Source of the DNA: a virus
Taxonomy: Duplodnaviria > Caudoviricetes
Strand: one strand, 5' to 3'
Length of the DNA stretch: 62,877 bases
Virus record (IMG/VR): IMGVR_UViG_3300046167_000556
Location: 1-62,877 of that record
The notes under the pieces were generated by a model. The model was not told the origin of the DNA and made no database searches. It saw only the letters and a list, made by a program, of their open reading frames with translations. Shown here piece by piece: positions 21,482 through 32,625 of the stretch (position 1 is its first letter; each line of letters opens with the position of its first letter). The translations under genes were made by a program, and so were the position numbers.

Positions 21482-22927
21482 TTAATATGATGATTCTACA
21501 TAGTTTGTTGATACGGCGAATAATTCTTTTTTACCACCAACGTCTGTAATATTGTCAATAGAAAAAGTAGCGGTTACAAACATTCCTTTTATACCAGACA
21601 TCGATTGGCCGTATATTACTTCACCTGGTCGACCTAAACTATTGTTCTTTATATTACTTACGTATTTGTTTTCTTTTCTGTTAAAACCAGCTCTAGACTT
21701 AGTATAAGGAGGTCTAGTAACACCGAACACGGATTGGTAATTAGCTGGTAATACAGGTTGACCTGTAGCTGGGTTTAAAATATACTCTCCTTCATTGTAG
21801 CTTTTTATAGCTAAAGTTCTATCTGAAAAATTAGCTCCATTATCTACTCCTGTAGAGTCTGAGACAAAAGAATCTATTCTCCAACCATTACTTCCTTCAT
21901 ACCCTGCGGTTGAAAAGTTCTTAGATAAAGAAACTTTAGGATTAAAAACTGTTGTAACAGTTGACTCAACAGATGATCCATAAAATTTATTATACTCTTC
22001 GCCAAAGTAATGTTTCCAAAGCCCGTTTTTACCACTATTTGGTTCTCCGTAAGTTGAGTAAAAGTTATTTTTTAAACTAAAAATATTATCAGGCTTATAG
22101 CTATATCTACTTACCCATCCTTTAGATCCTTCGTCAAAAGCCAATGTATCGTAATCTATTCCATTATTGTTTTGTAAAGAAACAACGTAAGTTTTAGTGT
22201 GTACATCAAAACCGCCTATAACAGAACCTAAATTAGAAGAATTGAAATCTATCTTTATAAACTTATCTCTGAAAAAATCTTTCATACCATATGCTGATAT
22301 TTCAGTTATTCCATCAGAAGAAAGTCTTAGTACTGCATTTCTATTCCTGTCTGTAAAGTATTTTCTATATCCATAAACAGCGAAACTACCAGGGTCTTTA
22401 GATATTCCGTACTCTCCAGCATAAGGTACTACTTGCCCAATAACTTGAGAACCAGAAGTTGTAATAGCTCCACCTTCGGCCGAATAAATAGCATCTTTAT
22501 CTATCAATGCTTTGCTTACTTTGTTTTCTTGCAGTATAGTAAGGTTAGTATTTTCAGCATACAACTTTTGAATACTACCGTTTGATGGATCCAAGCTTCT
22601 AGTAATTTCTTCGCCAACCGGGAATTGGTTAGTGTTATTAACACCTGTTCTTGAATTAAATATGCCTGAGTATATTAAGCTATTAGATACTATAGATGCT
22701 TTATTAGTATCTGCTACTAAATAAGCTTTAGCTCCAAAATCTACAGAAGTATTATTATAACCGCCTCTAATTCTAGATTCTTCAATAATCCAGTTTTTAG
22801 CATCATTGGTTCCCAGCCCGGTTGTTTTGTACCACACAGGCACATTAGGTGGATTAGCATTATCTGCTGTTACGGTCTTACGTAGTAGAAAAGAGTTAAA
22901 ATATTTTACTTCTATAATAGCGCTCAT
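21482..22927 (-). CDS. Tail nozzle/stabilisation protein
   Basis: Beta-propeller-like content (YAGEYGISKDPGSF, YFTD, GWVSRYSY). Confidence 0.7.
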   Translation of the reverse strand: MSAIIEVKYFNSFLLRKTVTADNANPPNVPVWYKTTGLGTNDAKNWIIEESRIRGGYNNTSVDFGAKAYLVADTNKASIVSNSLIYSGIFNSRTGVNNTNQFPVGEEITRSLDPSNGSIQKLYAENTNLTILQENKVSKALIDKDAIYSAEGGAITTSGSQVIGQVVPYAGEYGISKDPGSFAVYGYRKYFTDRNRNAVLRLSSDGITEISAYGMKDFFRDKFIKIDFNSSNLGSVIGGFDVHTKTYVVSLQNNNGIDYDTLAFDEGSKGWVSRYSYKPDNIFSLKNNFYSTYGEPNSGKNGLWKHYFGEEYNKFYGSSVESTVTTVFNPKVSLSKNFSTAGYEGSNGWRIDSFVSDSTGVDNGANFSDRTLAIKSYNEGEYILNPATGQPVLPANYQSVFGVTRPPYTKSRAGFNRKENKYVSNIKNNSLGRPGEVIYGQSMSGIKGMFVTATFSIDNITDVGGKKELFAVSTNYVESSY

Positions 22928-22932
22928 ATATC

Positions 22933-22960
22933 TATAATTACTTGTTTACAATGTTATTTA
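22933..22960 (-). promoter_or_regulatory. Class II (phage-sigma-type) promoter
   Basis: TAAA-N15-GTAATTATA just upstream of ATG 22927. Confidence 0.7.
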
Positions 22961-22964
22961 GGTA

Positions 22965-23853
22965 TTAAGAAGGCATCCTCCACAGCGTCACTGTATTTGC
23001 AACCTCATTTCCTGCGCTTTCTATACCATGAGATGATAATTGATTTGGGTAATACGGAGGGTTGAAAGATTGTCCAGATGATGGACCAACCCACCAACCA
23101 GGTGTACCGGTATTGTTATTTTTAAATTGAGTCTGAGAATGTTGAACTATTGTATTAAGCAGAGTGTGATCAGCGTTGTAAGAACTTCCCTGCCCCGGTA
23201 TACTAGCAGTAGGAGAATTTGTATTTTTAGACATAGCCCAAGCTGGAGAAGTTTTTGAAGTATCAAGGGGAGTAAGAGGACCGTTAAATGTAACCTCCAC
23301 GTTTGCAGAAACACCTGTTATGTTAGAGGACCCGGTTTGTCCAGGCTTAGACCACACTCCGTTGTTTGTAGTGCCTGTAAAAGTACCTGCTGGCCCAAAC
23401 CAACCTTGTCCACCGGTTACTACATCATAAGATTCCACTGCACCTGATGAGTCAGTGTAAAGATTGAAAACAGCTGGTTGGGTTGGATATTGATTTGCAT
23501 ATAATTGCTCATCCCCATACCAAGCGTCAGGGGAAATCTGAACGTTTGTATAATGTAGTGTTTGCGGCTAAGTTTCCTCTGTTTGTAAACTGCCATACTT
23601 GTTGAGCGTGCCCAAGACTAGCTCCGGTTGCACGTGGTTGAAAAAAATCTGGGTTATAGTAATTTGTTCGTGGATACCAAAAACCACCACCATCGGCGCT
23701 TAGGTCCCTAATGAAAATACCTGACCATATTATTACTGGTTGAAAGTTGCTTTTTACAATGTTTGACACATCTGTAGCTGTTATTGATTTAGCATTATTG
23801 TCAGCTAGCCCTGAAAGAAGCTCGAATTGAGTTGATAATGTTCCTGTTGCCAT
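22965..23853 (-). CDS. Tail-associated structural protein (frameshifted)
   Basis: ORFs 23527-23853 and 22965-23438 appear to be one G/S/T/N-rich gene. Confidence 0.55.
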
Positions 23854-23878
23854 TTTTATTTATTTATTTTTTATTTAT

Positions 23879-26800
23879 TTATATATCAAAAGCCGTGCTA
23901 AAAGCATTAGTAAAAGCTCCTGGTATTACGTCGTTAAAATTTATTGTTATAGGTGTAGATTCTGCTCCAGCGTCTGTAACATTAGCTTTAAGGCTAAATG
24001 TATAAAGAAAATCAAAGGAGCCACTATGTACACTTACAACTCCATTTTCAGAAAGCGATAAAGTTACACTACCTCCGTTTGGATTGTTGAGAGTTATACG
24101 CTTATCTGTACCAACGTTTGCAAAAGAAACATTACTATTGCCTCCAGGAAACAAAGACTGATCTGTATCCCAACTATAAGATAAGTCAAGGTGGTTTTTG
24201 GTAGTGTCAAAAGTACCGTTAACAGCGTTAATTGTAGCGTAAACGCCTTCCATTGTAGAATACGAAGGCTGTGTGTATACGATAGAAGAAATACTTGGAG
24301 CAATATTACTTAAAGAAACATTGCGTTTAGTAATTGTTCTAATAATAGCTTTAAAGGTTAGTGTTAAATTATCAGCTAAGGTAACAGCGGTATCTAAGGT
24401 AACAATAAGTCCGGTCGCATCAACATTAACCACGGTTCCTAGCAAAGTGTTTCCATTATATACAGTTTGACCTACTAAAATAGGAGTAGTGCCTACATTG
24501 TCTACTGTAAATAATGTAGAAGGTGTAGTTATAGCTCCGTTTACATCTGCTGTTGTATCGTCTTCATTATTTCTAAAACCCATTTCAAAAGTATAGCTTT
24601 CTTTAGAAGAAGCGTTTATACCGTAGTAAAAAGAATTTAATATTTTTAATCTGTAAACATCGTTACCCGAGTCTATTAATGAAACTATTTCAAAATTATC
24701 AGATCTATCACTTCCTAAACCATCTATAACTCTAAGCGACCCAACAAATTCAGTGTTTGTTAAAACATTATTTAAATTATTTATAGGCGAAAATTTACTT
24801 GTAATAAAAGGAGACTCAGAAGCGCCTGTAACTGTGCTTGAGCCACTAGGGTTTTGATTTTCTTTATGGTTATAATCAAATAAATTAATACCAGAAACAG
24901 GTGTACCCAGATTTTCGTCAACACTTGTGTTTAAGTCTGAAATTAAACCAGATGCCGATGTCTCATAATAAATATCAAGGTTAGATACAAACGGTGAAGT
25001 TTCTGCTATTGACAACGTAGGCTCCATATGTTGAGAAGTAGCTCCAAGGCCTCCTTCATTATTCCCTATCCTCATTATTAAAGGATCTTCTGTATTCTCA
25101 AAAATAGCCCCGTGAGCCGTTCCACCCAAGTCGTTTAAATCTTCAAAAGAAGCGATGGTTGTTACCTCATACTTTTTAATACCAGGATAAAAAGCTTGAT
25201 TCCAGTTTGAATTATTGGTGTGGTAGTTTTCTACAACAGGGAAAATAACTTCGTCACTACTGTATTTATTCTGCAAAGGGCCTACTTCTTGTAAGTCTCT
25301 AGGCACTTTATTTATATTGTCGCTTATTAAAACAGAATGAGTTATAGAACTGGGAGCATTGTTTAAATCCCCTTCTAAAAACCCAGGTAAATAAACGTTA
25401 TAATATTCTTGTTGATTTTGTTTTACAACAACTTTATAAGAGTACCAGCCTGTAGGGTTTGTTGCCGCATCATAAAGTCCCGGTTCGCCTGTTGCACTTA
25501 AACTACTGCTAGTTAAAGAACTTTTTATACTTTCTATTTTTTCGTTTAACTGAATTTTTATAGAGTTACCAACGTCTGCTAAAACTGTTGTTGGGTCAGT
25601 AGCGCTGGCTCTATATGGAACATAAAAACTAGAATCTCCAAAGCCACCTCCTGGGCTATCGTTTCCAGTAACATTAGAAAGTATTACATCAGACTGTCTA
25701 CCGTATCTATCGCTTAAAACAAAGCCAACCTTGATAGTTTCTATTTCTTTTAATAGTATGCTCTGGGTATTCAATGTAAGACCAGTTATTATCGCTACCA
25801 CCATCGCTAAACTTTTGAGTAACGGTTACTTCGTAATTTAAGTGATCCGGTGCCGTATGCTTGTTTATATAGTTGCCATATATTACTCTATTACCTGAAA
25901 CTTCTTGAGCTAAAGCTCTTACAGGTGTTTTGTCATAAACTCTTGTTGATTGTGACTGAGGTAATGTTTTAATAGGCTTTCTGGACTGGTAGCTATACTC
26001 ATAAACATCAGAGCTTGCTGCTTTGTTTTTTATTTCGTTTACAGATACAGTGTCTAAAACACTAATGGATATACCGTCGGATTTTTTGTATAATATATCT
26101 AGTTCTTTTATTTTATAATTATTTTCTAAATCGTTTCCGTTATCGGGTAAATTTATTACTAAAGATATTTGGTCTACTTTATTTTCCATAAAGCTAACAA
26201 CCGTACTTTGGTAAGCTCTAGTTTCATCTCCGGCTAAAAAGCTTCCGTCTTGTTTTGGTATAAAAGCTATTTGGGTAAAAGGAGCCATAATAGAATACTC
26301 TCCATCGTCGTATTTAAATCTGTAACTAAACCTAACAAACTTATCTTCTAAAAAATTTTTATCCCCGGCGTAACTTGCATTGTAATCTGGATTAGTAGTT
26401 CCATCAGGTAAAAGCGCGCTAGAAACATCCTTCATGGTTGTTTTATAAGTACCGGAATAGTCCTTGTATAAATCTATAGGTTTATATGGAGCGTATTTAG
26501 CTACAGAAATATCGTCTTCAGTTCTATAATAATCACTAGTACTTAGTACTTTTAAAATACCTTGGACTCCTGAGCCAGGACCGGACACGTTAACTAAGTC
26601 ACCTATTTTATACCCTGCTCCCGGGTTTACTGTTTGAGCGGACGTTATAAATCCATATGAATTAACTGATATTGAAACGGTTAATCCTGATCCGCCAACT
26701 CCAGTTTGATTAGTAGTATTGTAAATACCCTGCAGAGTAACCGCTGCCTATGCCAACTAATCCAAGGTTACCCACTGCTCCCGCTGGGTTAATTGCTGCT

Positions 26801-27297
26801 GTTCTTACATTTATTTTTCTAGGTTGGTTTCTATTATCTGTAAAAAACAGTAAGTCTTCTACTATGTTAGCCCCATAAATAGGATGGGTAGTTGAAAAGT
26901 TTAAAAAAGTACCAAAAACCAGTAGTTTGGTAAATGAACTATTAATAGCATTATATTTTATTATAGCAGAATTAAAACCCGTTCGTTCTGATTGATGGTA
27001 GTCTAGCTTATTTGCAGATGTATCCGTGTAGTTTGTCCAAAATAAATAAACACTATCAGAAGAAGAGTCAGTAGCATAACCTATTATTTTACCAGTATCA
27101 TAACCTACGTTAGTTCCCGACGATATAGGAAAAACATTTGTATTTTGCAAAATATTTTCTAACGCTCCTACATCGCTGTCTTCAGAATTAGATACAGCTA
27201 TGTTTAAAGCATCTTTATACTCGTTACTAGGTATAAGCCTATCGTCTAAATCTTTGTTCATTTTAGACGCTAAAAAACTATTCTTTACTTCTGCCAT
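23879..27297 (-). CDS. Tail stabilisation/tubular protein (split by indels)
   Basis: N-terminus MNKDLDDRLIP...YKDALN, LFFTDNRNQPRKIN, RFSYRFKYDDGEYS. ORFs 26710-27297, 25707-26588 and 23879-25804. Confidence 0.75.
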
Positions 27298-27301
27298 TTA
27301 A

Positions 27302-28393
27302 TTAGTGTTTAATTAACTTAGATTGGTTTCTCATTACTTGAATAATCTCGCTAAGCTTTATGTTTGATAGTCTTAATTTAGCTTTTCGTAGCTGTGATGT
27401 TTTTTCTCTTTTTAATCTGTTAACAACATACTCAGGTTGGTTTGATCTACTTGCTAAAACAGAATAACTAATATGCGCATACATAGCTCCTTCTGCCATT
27501 TTAGGAACTTTAGTATCAAGATCATAAGCTAAGCCGTCTGATAAGTATTCTAATACTACTATTTTATCAGCTAAGTCGCTTGAAAAAGAAAACTTACCTT
27601 CTCTTTTATTAATCATAAAAAGCCCATTACGATTAGTGCTTGATGGATTTAATCCATATCTTTGACCTACTTGATTGTTTTGACCTGATACTTTATTCAT
27701 ATCAAGATCACTAAACCTCTCTTCAGTCAGGGAGCTGCCTGCATCTATATTATTACCAAAACTATCTTGCAGCTGAATACCTTCATCATCTTGTAAAGGC
27801 AGTGAAGTAGGAGCTTTACTTATAGTGTTAGGATAAATAGGTCTAACTAAACCGTTATCATCAACGCTAGATATACTAACATAGTTGACATAGTCTTGGG
27901 GTATAGGTACGCTTAAGTTTAAAGGCACTGTTAATTCTTGAGATTTTATGCTATTTATAGTATCATAAGAAAATTCTTGCAGTCCTCTTTTTGCATGAAA
28001 TATAATATCACTTCTTTTAACTCTTGGTATAAGCTTGTCTTCACCTACATAAGCAACTATAAAGTTGTTTACAACATCATTTAAAGAAACGTAAGCATAT
28101 CCACCGTAATTTTCTTGTCTTGCAGATTGCTTTAGTTGAATAATTATTTCATCATTAATAGAAAGACTACCAATAACAACTGATTCGTTATTAATCAAGT
28201 TATAATCGGTAGATTCTGTTAAAAGCGCGTTGTTTTTAAAAACTTCGTAATTAGAGTTTTGAACCCCGTCTATTGTGGGTTTTAGCACAACATCTCCAAC
28301 CCATTGTATAGATATATTAGAACCTCCAGTTTCTTCAATATAAGCTTGCTGTCCAGAGTAATAGTGTGCGTTGTTTTCTGTTATTAAACCCAT
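27302..28393 (-). CDS. Structural (tail ring/adaptor) protein
   Basis: Synteny; PQDYVNYV motif typical of neck/ring proteins. Confidence 0.6.
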   Translation of the reverse strand: MGLITENNAHYYSGQQAYIEETGGSNISIQWVGDVVLKPTIDGVQNSNYEVFKNNALLTESTDYNLINNESVVIGSLSINDEIIIQLKQSARQENYGGYAYVSLNDVVNNFIVAYVGEDKLIPRVKRSDIIFHAKRGLQEFSYDTINSIKSQELTVPLNLSVPIPQDYVNYVSISSVDDNGLVRPIYPNTISKAPTSLPLQDDEGIQLQDSFGNNIDAGSSLTEERFSDLDMNKVSGQNNQVGQRYGLNPSSTNRNGLFMINKREGKFSFSSDLADKIVVLEYLSDGLAYDLDTKVPKMAEGAMYAHISYSVLASRSNQPEYVVNRLKREKTSQLRKAKLRLSNIKLSEIIQVMRNQSKLIKH

Positions 28394-28396
28394 TTA

Positions 28397-29080
28397 TTAT
28401 CTTTTTTCGTTTATATTTTGTTGTTGTACTTGAGCCGAGGCGGCTTGGATTATTTGAGGATCTCTTATAACTATACCTGCATAAGCTAAAATTCTTAATA
28501 TAACTTCTGTTTGCTCTGAAGAATGTAATTCAAAATCAATAGTACCATTGCTAGTGTAAACAAAAATACCTAACCCTTCATCAGCAACAAAATTCCAATT
28601 TATGTTTAGTGGTTTTTTTATAAAAGAAATATCAATAAGACTTATACTTGTAGGCTCTATTTTTAAAGAATTACCTTCTTGTAGATATATAGGATATAAT
28701 TCTGTAGGTTTTGTTAAAGGTGATTTTATTATGTTGTAGTATTCTTTTCTACCTACTTTTTGTAGCTCTATGTTATTATAAGTAACTGTGTTTAATCTAT
28801 GTACATCTGAAAGATTAGCTACTCCATTTGTTACAACGTAGGTACTATTATTTTCAAATATTGATATTTTTTCTTCTAAATAAGATAAGCGATCTGCATA
28901 GTCTGCATCTGTTTGAGGAGCCCTAACTATTTGATTTAAGTCTTCAAAATACTTTTCAAATATTTCAAGTTGCACTTGCTGTCCAATTTTATTAAACTCA
29001 TCAGGTGTCATATATCCACGCTGTTCTTTGTTAAGTATTAATAAAACTGTTTTATATACAGTATCTACGCTTATTGCCAT
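28397..29080 (-). CDS. Head-tail adaptor/ring protein
   Basis: NKEQRGYMTPDEFN N-terminus; downstream of the capsid genes. Confidence 0.65.
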   Translation of the reverse strand: MAISVDTVYKTVLLILNKEQRGYMTPDEFNKIGQQVQLEIFEKYFEDLNQIVRAPQTDADYADRLSYLEEKISIFENNSTYVVTNGVANLSDVHRLNTVTYNNIELQKVGRKEYYNIIKSPLTKPTELYPIYLQEGNSLKIEPTSISLIDISFIKKPLNINWNFVADEGLGIFVYTSNGTIDFELHSSEQTEVILRILAYAGIVIRDPQIIQAASAQVQQQNINEKR

Positions 29081-29102
29081 TTATTTATTTTTTTTATGTA
29101 AT

Positions 29103-29132
29103 ATAAGGGGACAGAGTTAACTATCCCCTATA
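29103..29132 (-). terminator. Intergenic hairpin
   Basis: Minus strand TATAGGGGATAG-loop-CTGTCCCCTTATA; weak U-tract. Confidence 0.45.
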
Positions 29133-29148
29133 TATTGATTATTACACG

Positions 29149-29979
29149 TTAGTTTAGTTTTTTCTCTATTGACTTCAAAACTTCAATACCTTCATCGGTT
29201 TTAAAATAAGCAGCCATAGCAGAATAAGGGTTTTCATCGAAAGGTACAGTCATTAGCTTTCTGTTATTACTAGCCCAGTTAAATGTTCTATTGTCTCCGC
29301 TTAAAGTTATAATACCAGTTTCTGTTGCTTTAATAGCTACGTTACGTAAATGAACATTATCGTCATTAGCTAATTCTATGAACAAACCTGGATTACTTTT
29401 AGCAAAGATATATAAATCTCTTTTTATTTCTTTAGAACTCATAGAAGATACTTCAGAGCCTTTTTCAACTCGTAATATTGCTTCCGCTTGATCGATATCT
29501 ATTGTTCTTGCAGCTGAAATTGCTTCGAACTCAAGTTCTAAATCTTCTAAATCATCTTTAGCCACTTCCTGTGCATCAAACTCATAATACTTTTTGTTTA
29601 AGTCAGGGTGATATAATGATAGTAATTTTTGTAAATTTTGCTTTTGTTTAGGTACAGTTAATATACCGTTTTCAAAAACAATTTGTCCCAACGTAGCTTC
29701 TCCGTTTTGGTCTTGCACAAATATGGATTGCTGGTTAGTTGCATATCTAATTTCTTTTTGAATACCTTTTTCTTCGTCAAAGTAAAGCAAAGGTTTTAGC
29801 CTTGAGTGTTTAGATTTAAGCCTAAATGTCAAAGGTTCTTTATTTCCAGCTAAGTAATAGCTTCTGTTTTTTATTTCCCACTTTGGTTTAGCAGGTTGTG
29901 TTGGTGTAGTTGCTTTTTTAGTTTCTACTACTGGTTGAGGTGCAACCTCTACTTTTTTTGCTGTAGCTTGTTTAGCCAT
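29149..29979 (-). CDS. Conserved virion-module protein, function unknown
   Basis: Intact 276-aa ORF between the capsid and adaptor genes. Confidence 0.6.
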   Translation of the reverse strand: MAKQATAKKVEVAPQPVVETKKATTPTQPAKPKWEIKNRSYYLAGNKEPLTFRLKSKHSRLKPLLYFDEEKGIQKEIRYATNQQSIFVQDQNGEATLGQIVFENGILTVPKQKQNLQKLLSLYHPDLNKKYYEFDAQEVAKDDLEDLELEFEAISAARTIDIDQAEAILRVEKGSEVSSMSSKEIKRDLYIFAKSNPGLFIELANDDNVHLRNVAIKATETGIITLSGDNRTFNWASNNRKLMTVPFDENPYSAMAAYFKTDEGIEVLKSIEKKLN

Positions 29980-30009
29980 AATATAATAAGATTTAATAAT
30001 TTAACAAAG

Positions 30010-30050
30010 GTAATAATTACCCCCGTAGATTATACGAGGGCAAAAATTAC
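30010..30050 (-). terminator. Hairpin/terminator after major capsid gene
   Basis: Minus strand GTAATTTTTGCCCTCGTA-TAATC-TACGGGGGTAATTATTAC. Confidence 0.6.
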
Positions 30051-30066
30051 AATAATATACTTCTGT

Positions 30067-31442
30067 TTATGCGAATAATACAAAGTTGTTAGCGCCTTGT
30101 ACACATAAACATCTTTCAGATAAGAAGTGAACTTCCATTGCATCTAAAGAAGATGTAGCAGCTCCACCAACTGATCCAGTTAACCAAGACTTCATTCTTC
30201 TGTCGTCAGCTTCAGAAGCTCTATAACGTACGTGTAAGAATGGACGTCTGATGTTTTGTCCAAGTGATTGATCATATACAGTTGAAGTTCCAGCAGGTAC
30301 AAGAATACCGTTGATGCTTGCATCAGCAGCAATTCCTCTTGTGGAAGCATCGTTTAAGTATTTCCAGTCAGTTTTGTAGAAGTCATAAGAACCTCTTCTG
30401 AATCCAGAGAAACCTAAGTTTAATGCCATTTGCTCAGAGTTGTTGAATACTCCAAAAGAAGTACCTCCATCGTAATTAGCATTTATAGCTCCTAGCATAT
30501 CGTCAAAAGCTAAAGCAGTTTTTCTGTTTAAGAAAAGCATGTTTTCTTCAATTGCTCCTTCTTTATCTAATCCTTTAAGAATATCATCAAAAGAAACTAA
30601 ATCTCCATTAAACGCGTCATCAACATTACCTCTATCAGATACAGCAGCGAATAAACCTTCAGTACCTTCAATTCCAGTTGGAACATCTCCGTTACCTGAT
30701 TTTTTCTCTCCTTCGATTACAGCCATTTCTAAATAGTCTTCAAAACGTAAACGAGTTTCTCCTTCACCTTTTAAATACCATAAGTATCCAGAGTCTCCTC
30801 CTTCAGTAGTTACTTCTACCCATCCAATTTGAGATGCGTCAGATCCACTTACTTCATACTTGTCTTTAATGATAATTGGCTTGTTAGAAATTGAAGTGAA
30901 AGAAGGCTCTACAGATACAGCAGTAGTATCAGTTCCTTTTTTGTATTCAGATCCATAAACAAATACCTTTACTCCAGTTCCTCCAATAAAGCGTGAATTT
31001 CAGAGTCACTCAAAGAATAACCGTGAATTGTAGCAGTCGATGAAGTAGGTGTTGCTGAAATATAAGCTTTTGCAGAAGCGCTTCCGTCAGATTTAATAAC
31101 CAAAATAGTTTGACCTTCAGCTAAAACGTTAGTAGTAGGTAACCCTCCTAAAGCTCCACCAGCGGTAAGAGTCAATCCTTCGTAAGAAACGTGTAATCTG
31201 TTTTGTTCAGACCAAACAACTTGGTCAGAAGTCATAGGAATTTCAGCTCCTACCATTTTTAAAAATCCTCCAATAGTACGGTTTCCGTATCTTTCAACTT
31301 CTGCCTCGTATACTTCTGGAATGTATTGCTGTGCCCAGTTTGCACTGTTTGCGTCAGCACTTGTAAAGTCGATATAGTTATCTGATAATACCGATTTTTT
31401 TGCGTAAGGCGTTAGCCCTGGCGTGTTTGAATTAAATCCCAT
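30067..31442 (-). CDS. Major capsid protein (frameshift at ~30975)
   Basis: WAQQYIPEVYEAEVERYGNR...WSEQNRLH, GTEGLFAA, GFRRGSYDFYK; follows the scaffold gene. Confidence 0.85.
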
Positions 31443-31460
31443 AATTTAGTTTTTTAATGT

Positions 31461-32571
31461 TTAATTGTTAAATGTTTTTTTAATCTTTAATTTTGAAGAA
31501 TCAACACCGCTTATTGCTCGTACTTTAAATCCGCCAACAGTAACTTCAGAAGGCGCCGTCGACCTCGCTTCTAAGCTTGTGTTTTTAGATTTTGCAACTA
31601 CGTCTTTTACTGCATCAGCCTTGCCTTGCTCATAAAAGTGTTTTGCAATAGTATCTACATTTTCAGCAGCATAAATAGCTTTGTGATAACCTTTCGTATC
31701 CGTTACTTCACCTTTGTCATTTAGGAACTTCCCAATAAGGTTATTAATGTTTGATTGGTTTTCTGCAACTTTACTTACATTTTGAATACCATATCTAAAT
31801 GTTTTTTCACCTAATTTGAAATCAAAACCTTTGAAATCTTGGTTAAACATTTGTTTAGTACTTTCTTTAAATGCAGAGTGCTGTTGCTCAGCTACTTTCT
31901 GATTCTCATTGTATCGGTTAAAAAACTCCGAAGCTTCTTTCTGTTCTGGCGACATACCTGGTCTCAACTTGATTTCCGAGTAATATTTGTCTTTCAGACC
32001 TTCTAAAAACTTTTTTGCTTTTGCAACCTCTTCTTTTTTTGCGAGTTTCTTTTTGCGGATGTCTCGCTCCTCATCTATTTCTTCGTCAAACTCAAAACTG
32101 TCTTCCATTAAGAAATCAATTTCAGCAGCATTTAAATGTGACTTTGTTTGTTTGTAATATTCTGTTAACAATGTGTCTGAATCAACATTACTATAATCAG
32201 CGTTTAACCTAACGTAATCTTGTAATGTTCCACCAGTTTCTTTCATAAAGTCAACTAGCTTTTCTACGTTTTCAGGCAAATCAGCCTTAGGTGTAGACTC
32301 TATGACTTGTTGTATTTCTTTTTCTTTAACTGTTTCTTCAGTAACTTCACCTATTGTAATTACTTCTTCAGTGTCTTCTTGTTTGTTTTCTTCAACCACT
32401 TCTTGCAATCCCACTTCGGGTTTTTCATCTTGAAGCACAGTTTCATCTGTTGTTTGCTCTTGAACGGCATCTGTTTCTGTTTTTTCTGTTTCAGATAAAT
32501 CTACTTTAGTAACGTTATCTTCAACTGTTTTTTGGACCTTCTCTAAGATCTACTTTAATTGTGTCTGACAT
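31461..32571 (-). CDS. Capsid scaffolding protein (5' frameshift)
   Basis: Acidic coiled coil with HFYEQGKADA; between portal and capsid genes; ATG at 32571. Confidence 0.75.
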
Positions 32572-32597
32572 GATATGATATTATAAAATTAGTAAAT

Positions 32598-32625
32598 AGT
32601 TATCACCTAGGTTCAAACTGCTCTA
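32598..32625 (-). promoter_or_regulatory. Class II promoter variant
   Basis: TAGA-N15-GTGATAACT upstream of the scaffold/capsid genes. Confidence 0.55.
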